NCBI GenBank assembly: GCA_003248935.1
Contig: QFQF01000009.1
Location: 12,465-76,464 of the forward strand
DNA: 64,000 nt
Origin: Sphingobium sp.
Lineage (GTDB): Bacteria > Pseudomonadota > Alphaproteobacteria > Sphingomonadales > Sphingomonadaceae
Direction of reading: 5' to 3'
In this document: in pieces, positions 20,293 through 30,228 of the stretch
Layout of the letters: every line of letters starts with the position of its first letter
Numbering within the stretch: the stretch's first letter is position 1
Made by a program: the position numbers and the translations under genes
Notes under the pieces: generated by a model
What the model was told of the DNA's origin: nothing
The model's input: only the letters and a program-made list of their open reading frames with translations
Database searches by the model: none

Positions 20293-22004
20293 GCCTGCGG
20301 CACGGCATCGGGTCTGGAGACGGTGGCGCGTCCGTCCCGGATGTGAACCAGCATGTCGGCGCGCCCGGCAAGGGCCGGCTTGTGCGTTATGACGATCAGG
20401 GTGGCGTCGGGCATCGCGGCACGCAGGTTCGCCGCCACCAGCGCCTCCGTCTCGATGTCGAGCGCGGACGTCGGCTCGTCGAGAATGAGAACGCTGGGGT
20501 TGCGGAGCAATGCGCGCGCCAGCGCCACGCGTTGCCGTTCCCCGGCGGATAGCGCCTGCCCCCGCTCCCCGGTACGGGTGGCAAGGCCTTCAGGCAGCCG
20601 CGCGATCATCGGGCCTAGCCCGGCCGCCAGCGCCGCCGCCTCCACCCGATCCGGTGATACATCCGGCAGGCCGAAGGCGATGTTGGCGGCAATGCTGTCG
20701 TTGAACAGATAGGGTGCCTGATCGACCAGAACGATTTCCCGTCGCAGGTCATCGATCCGCAGCGTGCGGACGTCCTGCCCGTCGACGAGGATGCGGCCGT
20801 CATCGACGTCCTGATAGCGCACGAGCAGGTCAGCAAGCGTCGACTTGCCGACACCGCTGGGCCCCAGGATCGCACAGAAGCTGCCCACAGGAATCGCGAA
20901 GTCGATGTCGGTCAGCACTGCATCCCGATCATAGCGCTTGGCCACATGGTCAAAGCGCAGTTCGCCAGTCACACGGCGCAGCGGCAGGGCATCGGCCCGC
21001 TCGGTCACTTCGGCGGGTGTGTCGAACAGTTCGAAGATACGCGCCAGCGACACACGTGCGGAGGCGAGCCCGGCACTGAGGCCCATCAGTACCTGGATCG
21101 GCGCGAACAGCCGCCCCTGATAAGTCATGAAAGCAACCAGCGTGCCGATCGTCATTTCGCCCCGGATGATCATCCACCCGCCATAAAGCATCACGGCGGA
21201 CGCGGACGCGGTGAGCAGTGCGCCGGGCAGCGCACCGGTCATGAAGGAGGCAAGCTGCATCCGCAGCATCGCGCCGACGAACGCGTCGTTGCGGGCGCGG
21301 AAGCGCGCGACTTCATGGTCCCCGGCGCGCAACGCGTTGACAACGCGCATGCCCATCACGGTATCGACGAGGAAGCTGCCGAGGTCGGCGCCACGTTCCC
21401 GCATCTCCCGCGTCAGGGCCGTAAGCGCGCGCTGATAATGCAGGAAGACGGCGACGCAAACGGGGATCAGCACGACGCCGACAAGGAACAGGCGCCAGTT
21501 GAGCCAGAGCATCAGTGCGATGCTGCCGACCAGAAACAGGATGTTGCTGAGCACCGACAGCAAGCTGTCAGCGGCCGCCCGCTGCACATCGCTGACGTCG
21601 CTGTTCATCCGCGACATCAGGTCGCCGAGGCGAAAGCTGCCGAAGAAGCGGGGCGACAATGTCTGAAGATGGCGCAGCAACGCGACCCGGATATCATAGA
21701 GCATCGCCGCCGACAGCGCGACATAGCGGTAGCTCGCCAGCATATTGAGCGCGAAGCCCAGCACCGTCACCGCCAGCAGCGCGGAGGCGATCGTCACCAG
21801 CGCCTGCATATCCCGCCGGAGCAGCGCGTCGTCGATCATCAGCTTCGAAATATACGGTTGGGCGAGGTTCAGCGCGGTGGACAGCAGACTGATCGCGAGG
21901 ACGAAGACGAGCCGGGGCAGATAGGGGCGGACATAGGGCCACAGCCTGCGATAGGTGCGCCAGTCCGCCGCCGGTTGCGGTACGGAGGCAGGTGGTCCGC
22001 TCAC
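20289..22004 (-). CDS. qhpF: ABC exporter (fused TMD-NBD) for the QHNDH gamma subunit
   Basis: TM helices, GPSGVGKST, LSAGERQR, ILDE; GTG start overlaps the upstream stop codon. Confidence 0.85.
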   Translation of the reverse strand: MSGPPASVPQPAADWRTYRRLWPYVRPYLPRLVFVLAISLLSTALNLAQPYISKLMIDDALLRRDMQALVTIASALLAVTVLGFALNMLASYRYVALSAAMLYDIRVALLRHLQTLSPRFFGSFRLGDLMSRMNSDVSDVQRAAADSLLSVLSNILFLVGSIALMLWLNWRLFLVGVVLIPVCVAVFLHYQRALTALTREMRERGADLGSFLVDTVMGMRVVNALRAGDHEVARFRARNDAFVGAMLRMQLASFMTGALPGALLTASASAVMLYGGWMIIRGEMTIGTLVAFMTYQGRLFAPIQVLMGLSAGLASARVSLARIFELFDTPAEVTERADALPLRRVTGELRFDHVAKRYDRDAVLTDIDFAIPVGSFCAILGPSGVGKSTLADLLVRYQDVDDGRILVDGQDVRTLRIDDLRREIVLVDQAPYLFNDSIAANIAFGLPDVSPDRVEAAALAAGLGPMIARLPEGLATRTGERGQALSAGERQRVALARALLRNPSVLILDEPTSALDIETEALVAANLRAAMPDATLIVITHKPALAGRADMLVHIRDGRATVSRPDAVPQA

Positions 22005-22996
22005 GCCACTCCGGCCCGTTCGACGAGTTCGTAACCGCGCAACATATAGCGCGGCTCCGGTTCGGCCGCGAGACGGCGCGTGCACCAGTCGTGCCCCTGC
22101 GCAAGCGCATCATGCGCCTGTTCCCACCACGCGCCCGTGCCGCCGGAGCGATAGAATGGCGCGCAGAGCTGGAGATGGCGGCGCATCGTCGCGGTCAGCA
22201 TCGCCCCATAATGTGCACGCAACGCCTGCGCGTCGCCACCCCGCGCGATCGCGGCGATGACGGCAGCGGCAAGGATCGCCTCCCGCACCGCCTGTACTGT
22301 CCCGTCACCGCAGATCGGGTCGAAGGCGATGGCGGCGGTGCCGCAGCCGATCCAGTCGTCACCCGTAACCTGCGTCGCGATACGCGGGGAAGGATCGAAC
22401 GACTGACATGGCGTGTCACCGGCCACGATGCGCGATGCGATATCACGACTCTGTGCGAGCGCGCCGTCCAGGCTGATGCCGACGCACAGCAGCCACGCCC
22501 GCCCGGCGCCTGACGGGATCAGGAACAGCCAGCCGGCCTCCAGCGACTCGATCCGGCAGCAATCGGCGTCGTCATCGTCCCCCAGCGTTACTTCGGTCGC
22601 CAGCGCCCGCCGTTCGCCGAAATGCATGACCTCGCCATCGGGAAGCGGAGCCATGGCATGGACATGGAAACCGGGTGCGGCATCGTCCAGCGCCGGTGCG
22701 GCCGGTGCCAGCGCCGCTTCCAGCGCGGCACCGGTCACGATTGTCGCCGCATGGGGCATGGCTACCGGATCCGAATCACCCCAGCTGACGACACGCCGGT
22801 CGATCCGGCGTTCCCCCGCAAACAGGCCGGGGCGTCCGAACACGTCACGCACCAATGAGAGCGCCGCATCGCTGATCATGACGACGGGCAATGGCGGGCG
22901 GTCGACGCGGATCGCCGACGCTGCAATGCCGTGAAGGCCCAGCACATGCGCGCAACAGGATGCCGCGACGCCGCCGCCGCGTATCGTGACATTCAT
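22001..22996 (-). CDS. qhpG: FAD-dependent monooxygenase-like protein, probable QhpG
   Basis: N-terminal VTIRGGGVAA, GWLFLIP, GTAAIAFDPICGDG; position within the qhp cluster. Confidence 0.65.
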   Translation of the reverse strand: MNVTIRGGGVAASCCAHVLGLHGIAASAIRVDRPPLPVVMISDAALSLVRDVFGRPGLFAGERRIDRRVVSWGDSDPVAMPHAATIVTGAALEAALAPAAPALDDAAPGFHVHAMAPLPDGEVMHFGERRALATEVTLGDDDDADCCRIESLEAGWLFLIPSGAGRAWLLCVGISLDGALAQSRDIASRIVAGDTPCQSFDPSPRIATQVTGDDWIGCGTAAIAFDPICGDGTVQAVREAILAAAVIAAIARGGDAQALRAHYGAMLTATMRRHLQLCAPFYRSGGTGAWWEQAHDALAQGHDWCTRRLAAEPEPRYMLRGYELVERAGVA

Positions 22997-23060
22997 GCCG
23001 GGATGGTCATCGCCGCGCACGGTCGCGTCAAGCCGTCACGCTCTCGGCGCGGCGGCATCC

Positions 23061-24161
23061 TTATTGCGATACAATCAGGCCCGCCATGGTGGCGTCGTTG
23101 CCGATGTCCCACACCTTCTCCAGCTTCAGCGTCTTCGCGTCATAAACCTCGATGTCGAAGCTGGCGCCATAGATGTAGAGTTTTGCTCCGTCGCCGGACA
23201 TGCCCATCTGGAAGCGGGAGCGGCACTGGAATTCCGCCTTGTCGAGCACCTTGTTGGTGGCGAGGTCGAAACGCCAGAATTCGCACCGTTTGTTGCCGAG
23301 TGTGCCGTTGGTGACGACGGTATAGCCTTCCTTCCCGTCCGGTGTCACCTGCAGCCCCGCCATCGTCGACGCCGCCGGGCCGATCGGCACGAAAGTGAAC
23401 TGACGGGACGCGAGATCGAAGCGCGCGACACCGAAGACCTTGTTATGCACATAGGGGTCGGCCGCGTTGAACAGCGACACATATTGCCCCGGATTGCGGA
23501 TCGCCTCGACACCGCCGCCGAAGCTGACATTCTCGAACCCGGAAACCACTTCCGTCTTGGCAAGGTCGAAACGCTCGACGGCCTTCAGGTCCGACGTACC
23601 GACGACGACGACCTTGTCGCGGAAGACATACAGGAACTTGCCGTCCGGCGAGATCGCGTAGCTGGCGCGATAGGCGGCGCCGGGCGTGTCGTCCTCCGCC
23701 TCCATGTCGACGGCGCGCACCACCTTCTTCAGCTTCAGGTCGACCACCGTATATTGCGGCTTGCTGATACGGTAGCGGTCGATGTCCTTGTCAATGCGTT
23801 CGGCCACCGTGTAGAAATAGCGGCCCGCCGGGTCCGCCACGCCGCTGTAGAAACGATAGCGCGTGGTCGGCGTGTTCAGGCTGAAACTGTCCAGCACTTT
23901 GCCGGTCGCCACGTCATAGGTCTCTATGCCGCCGGTGGTGATCGTGGAGACGTAGATTTTCTTGCGATCGCTCGATTCGCGCAGGCCCGTGGGCAGGCCG
24001 GTCGCGAGCGGCACGCGCTTCGTCACCGTGCCCGTCACCTCGTCGAACAGGATCAGCACATTGGGATAGCCGCCAAGATACATGGTGCCCGCCTGAAGCT
24101 GGGCAGGCAGCAGGGCGAGACAGGCCGCAAGCGCGGCGCGCAGGACGCGGGCCGCCATCAC
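23061..24161 (-). CDS. qhpB: Quinohemoprotein amine dehydrogenase beta subunit
   Basis: Signal peptide, beta-propeller repeats (SPDGKFLY, SGDGAKLYIYG, YDAKTLK); follows qhpC. Confidence 0.85.
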   Translation of the reverse strand: MMAARVLRAALAACLALLPAQLQAGTMYLGGYPNVLILFDEVTGTVTKRVPLATGLPTGLRESSDRKKIYVSTITTGGIETYDVATGKVLDSFSLNTPTTRYRFYSGVADPAGRYFYTVAERIDKDIDRYRISKPQYTVVDLKLKKVVRAVDMEAEDDTPGAAYRASYAISPDGKFLYVFRDKVVVVGTSDLKAVERFDLAKTEVVSGFENVSFGGGVEAIRNPGQYVSLFNAADPYVHNKVFGVARFDLASRQFTFVPIGPAASTMAGLQVTPDGKEGYTVVTNGTLGNKRCEFWRFDLATNKVLDKAEFQCRSRFQMGMSGDGAKLYIYGASFDIEVYDAKTLKLEKVWDIGNDATMAGLIVSQ

Positions 24162-24490
24162 GGGAACACCAGGTCGAGGTTGCGCCAGTCTTTCGTCGCG
24201 ACCGCGCAGTTGCTGGCCCAGTCGGGCGAATAATTGACATGATCAGGCACCTGAACCGGCCAGAAGCAGGTGACGTAGCAATCGTAGATGTCGCGCTCGA
24301 CCGGCTGGCAAAGGCCCGCCGTGCCACCGCCCGCATCGACCTCCCACCCTGGCGAGAACGCCAGCGAGCAGCCCATCGGCACGTGCGGACGGGGCTGTGC
24401 CTGCTGAAGGGCGACGACATCCTCCTCCAGCATCGACGCCGCCTCGTCGATCCGGGCAGCCTTCCTGTTCAGCGGCCGAAGATGCTTCAT
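24158..24490 (-). CDS. qhpC: Quinohemoprotein amine dehydrogenase gamma subunit (CTQ precursor)
   Basis: Leader MKHLRPLNRKA; GCSLAFSPGWEVD, LCQPVERD, DCYVTCFWPVQVPD preserve the Cys-Glu/Asp crosslink and Cys-Trp spacings. Confidence 0.95.
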   Translation of the reverse strand: MKHLRPLNRKAARIDEAASMLEEDVVALQQAQPRPHVPMGCSLAFSPGWEVDAGGGTAGLCQPVERDIYDCYVTCFWPVQVPDHVNYSPDWASNCAVATKDWRNLDLVFP

Positions 24491-25938
24491 GACAACGCCT
24501 TCCTTTCAGCGAAGCGTTCGAGGAATTCGGGATTCTTGACAGCCAGTTCGCCGTAGATGCGTAGGCACCGGTCGGTCCATTCGCGGATCCAGTCGCAATA
24601 ATGCAGGTTCGCGTGGCCGGTGTCGCCATACCGTACGAACGCCTCATGATGGCAGCCGCCCGCGCAGAGCGGGCGCGCCCAGCAGCTCTGGCAATCATAT
24701 TTCGCCGCGACATGGCCGCGTTCGAGGAAATCGCTCTGCTTCTCCCGGTCGATGCCGCTGGAAATGTGGCCGAGCGTGTGCGTGTCGGCGTCGGTAAAGC
24801 GATGGCAGGGCGACAGGTCACCCGACGGGCTGACGCCGAGCAGGCCGATACCCGCGCCGCAGGGATGCGATTTGTGCACACCCTGGATCAGTTCGCTGAT
24901 CGTCTCGCTGACGTTGGAGAAGCCGTGGCTCCGCCCTTCCAGCGCGTGCTCCAGCCATTCGTCGGCCAGCGCATGGAACTGCGCGAGTACCCCCTCCATA
25001 TCGGCAGCGGAAATCGCATAGTCGCGGTCGCCCGCCGTCGTGACCGGCGCGAAGCCGACCTCGTGGAAACCCAGATCGTCCTTCAGGTGGCGGTAGATGC
25101 GCTGAACGTCGGTCACGCCCTCCGTCAGGGTCACGCGCGCGGTGATCGCGCGCGTGCGGTGACCGGCGATCAGCGCGCGCAGCCGGGGCTCCATCACCGC
25201 ATAGCTGCCCCGGCCGTTCTTGTAGACGCGACGCTTGTCCTGAAGGTCCGGCGGGCCATCCATGCTGACGGTGACGCCGATCGCATTGTCGGAGAGGAAC
25301 GCGATGATCTCCGGCGTCAGCAGCGTCGCGTTGGTCGTCAGGCTAAAGCCGACCGACTTGCCCGCCTCCTCCGCGCGTGCCGTGGCATAGGCGACGACGT
25401 CCTTCAGCAGCGGGAAGTTCATCAGCGTCTCGCCACCGAAGAAGGTGATGTGCACTCCCTTCCGCCCGGCCGACTGATCGAGCAGGAAATCGACCGACTC
25501 CCTGGCCGTGTCGATCGACATATATTTCTTCTTGCCCTGCGGCGTCGCGATCTTGTCCGCGCCGAATTCGTAGCAATAGGTGCAGGACAGGTTGCACTGA
25601 TTGGTGATGTTCAGCACCAGCGCCTGAAGCGGGAAATCCTTCGGCGGGCTGGACGGCGGCGGCGCGGGCATCGCCTCGTCCGGCACGATCACGCCCGCGA
25701 AGCGCAGTTCCCGGATGAACTCCTCCGCATCGGCGGGCGCATAGCCGTCCTCCACCAGCAGGCGGACAATCTCGCCATGGCCGAGCACTTCCCGCTCCAG
25801 CCGCGCCAGCATCGCGCGGGACGCCGCGTCGAGCTGAAAGATCGCGGCCGCCGACACAAGATAGATGAACGCGCCGTCGGCCGCGGTGAAGGCATGGAAT
25901 TCGCCGGGGCGATAGCGGTGGGCCAGCATTACGGTCAT
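24487..25938 (-). CDS. qhpD: Radical SAM/SPASM thioether-forming maturase
   Basis: CNLSCTYC, FFGGETL, SPASM cysteines (CGAG...PCHRF...CQSCWARPLCAGGC); lies between qhpA and qhpC. Confidence 0.93.
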   Translation of the reverse strand: MTVMLAHRYRPGEFHAFTAADGAFIYLVSAAAIFQLDAASRAMLARLEREVLGHGEIVRLLVEDGYAPADAEEFIRELRFAGVIVPDEAMPAPPPSSPPKDFPLQALVLNITNQCNLSCTYCYEFGADKIATPQGKKKYMSIDTARESVDFLLDQSAGRKGVHITFFGGETLMNFPLLKDVVAYATARAEEAGKSVGFSLTTNATLLTPEIIAFLSDNAIGVTVSMDGPPDLQDKRRVYKNGRGSYAVMEPRLRALIAGHRTRAITARVTLTEGVTDVQRIYRHLKDDLGFHEVGFAPVTTAGDRDYAISAADMEGVLAQFHALADEWLEHALEGRSHGFSNVSETISELIQGVHKSHPCGAGIGLLGVSPSGDLSPCHRFTDADTHTLGHISSGIDREKQSDFLERGHVAAKYDCQSCWARPLCAGGCHHEAFVRYGDTGHANLHYCDWIREWTDRCLRIYGELAVKNPEFLERFAERKALS

Positions 25939-27779
25939 TGCGAAACCTCCGGCTGGTCCCAGCGCTGATAGGCGGGGACGGCGACGACCAGATAGGCCCG
26001 TCCGGTAAGCGGCTGGCCAAACTTGTCCTTCTCCGTCCTGGCCGTGGCCACGACCCAGACGTCGCCATAATTGTTGCGGCCGAAACGGCGGGCGGGGTTG
26101 GGACCGTCGGCGGCAGGCGTGAACAGCGCCCCGGCGTTCAGCGAACCGACGAAATCCTTGTCGTCATCATCGAAGACGGCCATGAATTCCTGGATACTCC
26201 AGTCGGCATCGACGATACCGATCTTCACGTCGTCGGCCGTGTTCGGCTTGCCGTCGGGACCGTTTTCGTAACCGATCGCCTCGAACTGACCGTAGCCCTT
26301 GGGATGCTTGTCTCCACCAAGGCGGGCGAGGCTGGTGTCCGGCGAGACCTTCAGATAGTCGATCTTCCGGTAGACTGGCAGCACCTGCGCCAACGTGGCG
26401 TCGCGGATGCCGACATCATGGCGCCCGGCCACGGCGTCCGGCGCGATATCGGCCAACACGACCACCTCGTCCGGGGTCGCCGACACGATCCTGCGTACGC
26501 TCACCCCTTCGCCCAGATTGACCTCGCCAGGCTTCAGGTCGGCGGGCAGGTTGATGCCGGTGATGCGGACCTGCTGGTCCTTCTCCCCGGCCTTCAGCAT
26601 GACCGGCGCGACGCCAGCGACCGCCGGTTCGGCACCCGCGCGGGTCAGCGTCACGTCGAAGCCGAATTCATGATACTCGCCCCAGAACCATCGCCCCTGC
26701 GCGCTCTTCTGGTCCGGCGCGAACCATAATGTCTCACGCATTTCCTGATTGGGATCGTCGGGCTGCGTGGCCGCAGCCGGCCCCTTCGACCTGCCACGCC
26801 AGGAATAGCCGCCATAGACGATGCCAGTCCCCGTGCGGGTCAGCGTTTCGCCGGTGGCGAGCGAGCGCAATGACGTGCTGGTGACGAACTCGTCGGCGGT
26901 CTTGCCGGGGCGAACCGTCAGCGTGCCCGCATAGTCGCCATGGCCCGGCAGATGCGCGGAGACCACCCAGGCACCGGCCAGATAGGGGGAACGGATACGC
27001 GGCCGCCAGCTGCCCCATTCCATCGTGTGGAGCGGCGCGGCCTTCTGCATATATTCCAGTGCGACCTGACCGTTGGTGACGGGCGGTGTGCCTGGCGGCG
27101 GCGGCGCGCCCGGCGCGGGATCGGCAGGACGGCGATATTGCGCCTCCGCCTGCGAATACAGCGCGACGTGCATGTCCTGGAGCAGTTTCCATTCCGTCTT
27201 CGACCGGCGCCAGGACAACGGCTGGGCGAAGGCGTGGCATGACGCGCAGGCCTGCCGTACGGTGTCGTTGGGAATGGCCGCCTCGTCCACGATGCGCCGT
27301 TCGGGCAGGTACATGACCGGCTTTGCCTCTTCCGGCGACAGGCCGTGCCAGGTTGCCAGATAACGGACCACGGCGCGCGATTCCTCCGGCGTGATATCGA
27401 GGCCGTTCAGCTTTACCATCCGCTTGATCGCCTGGGACCAGCCCTCCGGCGTGGTACGCAACCAGGAGATACGGGACAGATTACCCTTCGCATCAGGCGC
27501 GTGACAGGAACCGCATTTCTCCTTCGTCAGCGCATCGGTGACGGGGATGCCATCCTCCGTCTCCTTGAGCGCCGCATCGGCCGCCGGGGGCGTGCTGCCC
27601 TGACCGCTGACCTGCGCCACAACGACGGTCGCCGAGCAGAGGCCAAGCAGGACGAGGCGACGGACCGAGGAGCCGCAAGCCGCGAGAAGAGCCGGTATCC
27701 GGCGCGGGAGGAGACGTTCGGCTTGGCCCGGACGCTGTGGACCGGCGGGCGCGATATCATCGGCGGCTGGGATCGTCAT
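25935..27779 (-). CDS. qhpA: Quinohemoprotein amine dehydrogenase alpha subunit (diheme)
   Basis: CGSCH and CASCH, SRISWLRTTPEGW, GPDGKPNTADD, DGPNPAR; start uncertain. Confidence 0.92.
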   Translation of the reverse strand: MTIPAADDIAPAGPQRPGQAERLLPRRIPALLAACGSSVRRLVLLGLCSATVVVAQVSGQGSTPPAADAALKETEDGIPVTDALTKEKCGSCHAPDAKGNLSRISWLRTTPEGWSQAIKRMVKLNGLDITPEESRAVVRYLATWHGLSPEEAKPVMYLPERRIVDEAAIPNDTVRQACASCHAFAQPLSWRRSKTEWKLLQDMHVALYSQAEAQYRRPADPAPGAPPPPGTPPVTNGQVALEYMQKAAPLHTMEWGSWRPRIRSPYLAGAWVVSAHLPGHGDYAGTLTVRPGKTADEFVTSTSLRSLATGETLTRTGTGIVYGGYSWRGRSKGPAAATQPDDPNQEMRETLWFAPDQKSAQGRWFWGEYHEFGFDVTLTRAGAEPAVAGVAPVMLKAGEKDQQVRITGINLPADLKPGEVNLGEGVSVRRIVSATPDEVVVLADIAPDAVAGRHDVGIRDATLAQVLPVYRKIDYLKVSPDTSLARLGGDKHPKGYGQFEAIGYENGPDGKPNTADDVKIGIVDADWSIQEFMAVFDDDDKDFVGSLNAGALFTPAADGPNPARRFGRNNYGDVWVVATARTEKDKFGQPLTGRAYLVVAVPAYQRWDQPEVSQ

Positions 27780-27846
27780 GCCCGGAAATGTCCCCCTGTT
27801 CGGCGGCGCATCCGGCTGTTGCCGGCATGGCGCCCGAGTCCGAAGG

Positions 27847-27876
27847 TTGGACAAATGTCAAGAATTGGTCAAGCGG
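27847..27876 (-). promoter_or_regulatory. qhpA promoter/operator (shared motif)
   Basis: cgcTTGAC-caattc-TTGAC-attt-GTCCA on the minus strand; 27/30 identical to 31480-31509. Confidence 0.75.
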
Positions 27877-27934
27877 ATATTGCGCCTGCGAGCAGACATG
27901 CTGCGCCGCGACGTACACGGCACGCAAAGCCCCT

Positions 27935-28450
27935 TCAGCCGGGCGGTGAAGGATAGAGCGCGCGCAACGAAACCGGCGCATGACATTTGCGGATCGCCGC
28001 CTCGACATGGCGGGCGCGCTCCGCCTTCAAGGACGCGGAAGACAGCGCAAAGCGCCGCTCGCGCGCGACCTCCTCGGCGGAGAAAGGCACGGCATCAGGC
28101 CGCGTGCTGGCACCTCCCAGGCCGAAGACGACGAAGTTGACGAGATCGGCGAGTTGCTGATTGTCGGTGATCCGGCTGTGCGCGACGTTGGGCAGGCGGA
28201 TGAGGTATGCGCGCGCCTGTGGCGTGCACATGAAATAGCCGACCCGGTCGCGCAGTTCGGGCAGCTGGGCCGGTGCCGAACGCCCCTCGACCCCGTGGCA
28301 GCCCCCGCAATTCTCGACATAGTCCGACCGTGCGAGGACGGGATCGGTGATCGCGGCGGGAAGAACGGATTTGCCCGGTTGCGTCGCCGCGCCCGCGCCG
28401 ACGGCAAGCCCGGCCATGCCGAGCAGGGCAAGCCGCCCGCCCCGCCTCAT
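27935..28450 (-). CDS. Periplasmic monoheme cytochrome c
   Basis: Signal peptide, CGGCH, YLIRLPNV; directly after mauA. Confidence 0.8.
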   Translation of the reverse strand: MRRGGRLALLGMAGLAVGAGAATQPGKSVLPAAITDPVLARSDYVENCGGCHGVEGRSAPAQLPELRDRVGYFMCTPQARAYLIRLPNVAHSRITDNQQLADLVNFVVFGLGGASTRPDAVPFSAEEVARERRFALSSASLKAERARHVEAAIRKCHAPVSLRALYPSPPG

Positions 28451-28480
28451 GCCGGTCCCGCCATCATCGCCGCACGCCGG

Positions 28481-29026
28481 TCAGCCCGCCGCGCCCACCA
28501 GCACCGCAGTCGAGCAATGATATTCCATGCTGGACGTGCCGAAGCACCAGATCACGTCATTGTTGAGCTGGGGCGTATAGAGCTGGGTTTCGCGGTCGGT
28601 ATTGTCGCAGAAGCACTGGCCGCAGGTCGGCTTCCCGCAGCAGTCGCGATAGGCGATCAGATAGGCCTTGCCATCGTCGGGGTTGATGCAGGTGCCGACC
28701 CAGGACACCGGGGACGGCTCCGCGCCCGGCGGGCAGCTGTGGATACCACCGCCGCAACAGGTGCAAAGGGCGCCGTCGATCGCACAATAGCGCCAGTAAT
28801 CGCACTGCGTATCGTCCTTCGTCTGCGCGTTGCGGGCGAAGGCGGTCTTCGCCTCAGGCGATCGGTCGGGCTTGGCGGCGTCGGCGCGGCTGACGGGCAG
28901 CAGCGGGAAGACGGGGGCGGCGACGAGCGCCGCACCCAGCCGCGAGAGGATGCCACGCCGTGACGTGCGTCCGGCAAATTTGCGGAGGAGCGTTTCCCCG
29001 ATGGCGTCCGCGTCGAAATGCTTCAT
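28481..29026 (-). CDS. mauA: TTQ amine dehydrogenase light chain
   Basis: Tat motif SRRGIL; CDYWRYCAIDG and NDVIWCFG contain the two TTQ tryptophans; YRDCCGK; Cys-rich. Confidence 0.95.
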   Translation of the reverse strand: MKHFDADAIGETLLRKFAGRTSRRGILSRLGAALVAAPVFPLLPVSRADAAKPDRSPEAKTAFARNAQTKDDTQCDYWRYCAIDGALCTCCGGGIHSCPPGAEPSPVSWVGTCINPDDGKAYLIAYRDCCGKPTCGQCFCDNTDRETQLYTPQLNNDVIWCFGTSSMEYHCSTAVLVGAAG

Positions 29027-29062
29027 GTGACCACCCCCTTAAATGCTGCCCGCATGCGCGCC

Positions 29063-29665
29063 TCAGGCCGCCTCCACCTTCAACGCGGCGATATAGTCCT
29101 GCACCGACCGGATGCCCATTTCATGGGCGACGACCAGGCTCTCCAGATGTTCACGGCTGTTCACCAGCCCCTTCGACAGGACTGTGCCCTCCGCATCGAG
29201 AAGGACGGCGAACGGCAGCTTCGCAACGCCGAATGCCTGCCCAACCTCCGGCCCGTTGACGAAGACATAGCCCTCCAGCCCCTGCTGCGCGACCAGCGCC
29301 TTCTGCGCGGCGACATCGTCGTCCCCGACGAAGGTCAGCGTCACGCGCTCGTCGCGGGCGAAGGATTTGGCCATCGGGATCATCGCCTTGCACAGCGGAC
29401 ACTGGGCGGACACGAACATCAGCAGACGGAGCGCGGAATGCCGGGCGGGACCGCCCACCATCGCCGTCACTCCCTCCAGCGTGCGCGTCGCGACCGGCGC
29501 GGAGGCATCGCCGACGGCGATACCGCCAGCCGTCGTCAGCGCGCCGGCGGGCGCGACACGCATGTGCAGCACGCCGACCTGCCGCGCCAACGCCAGCAGC
29601 GCGACACCCATCGCCAGGATGACGATCCACGAGATGATCTGGGATGCGATCAGGGCAGTCATCAT
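29063..29665 (-). CDS. mauD: Amine dehydrogenase accessory thioredoxin-like protein
   Basis: LARQVGVLHMRVAPAGAL, CPLC, KGLVNSREHLESL. Confidence 0.93.
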   Translation of the reverse strand: MMTALIASQIISWIVILAMGVALLALARQVGVLHMRVAPAGALTTAGGIAVGDASAPVATRTLEGVTAMVGGPARHSALRLLMFVSAQCPLCKAMIPMAKSFARDERVTLTFVGDDDVAAQKALVAQQGLEGYVFVNGPEVGQAFGVAKLPFAVLLDAEGTVLSKGLVNSREHLESLVVAHEMGIRSVQDYIAALKVEAA

Positions 29666-29671
29666 GGTCGA

Positions 29672-30226
29672 TTATCTCCGGTAGGCGGCCTTCGATGAAC
29701 GCGAGAGCGCGTCGATCGCGTTGAAGACGAGATAGCAGAGGAACAGAGCAAGGCCGCCCGCCGCCGCAGCCGCTATCGCGCCGCCGGACACGGGCGGTGA
29801 CACGGGCAGCGCGAGCAGCAGCAGGGCTGCGATGCACAGGTTGCGCGCGACCAGCGGCCAGCCGAGCGGCTGGCGCAGACTGGAAAGGCCGCAACCGCAA
29901 TCGATATGACCACGGCCGCGCCGCACGTTGATCGCCATTCCGGCGGCAAAGGCGAGGAGCAGGACGATGGCGATGATCTGCGGCAACGGACGCAGGCCCG
30001 CGATCAACAGTCCGCCAACGGCCGTCTCGATATAGGGAAGCGCGAATGCGACGGGCGCGACGAGCGGCCGGGGCAGGATACGGTAATTGGCAACCACCCC
30101 CTCCAGCAGCATGCGATGGCGGAACTTCGCCACTCCGGACAACAGCAGGATCAGCCCAATGCCGATCGACACGGCGAGCCCGATGATGCCCAGGCCGAGT
30201 GCAATGCTGAGGGGCGCCGTCTCCAT
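29672..30226 (-). CDS. mauE: MauE/DoxX membrane protein
   Basis: TM helices, YRILP, INVRRGRGHIDCGCG, VARN. Confidence 0.9.
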   Translation of the reverse strand: METAPLSIALGLGIIGLAVSIGIGLILLLSGVAKFRHRMLLEGVVANYRILPRPLVAPVAFALPYIETAVGGLLIAGLRPLPQIIAIVLLLAFAAGMAINVRRGRGHIDCGCGLSSLRQPLGWPLVARNLCIAALLLLALPVSPPVSGGAIAAAAAGGLALFLCYLVFNAIDALSRSSKAAYRR

Positions 30227-30228
30227 GA

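Noticed and set aside
24158..25938. Novel RiPP cluster (precursor + radical SAM + protease + ABC exporter)
   Set aside because: The peptide is clearly the QHNDH gamma subunit, flanked by alpha and beta subunit genes; this is a known system
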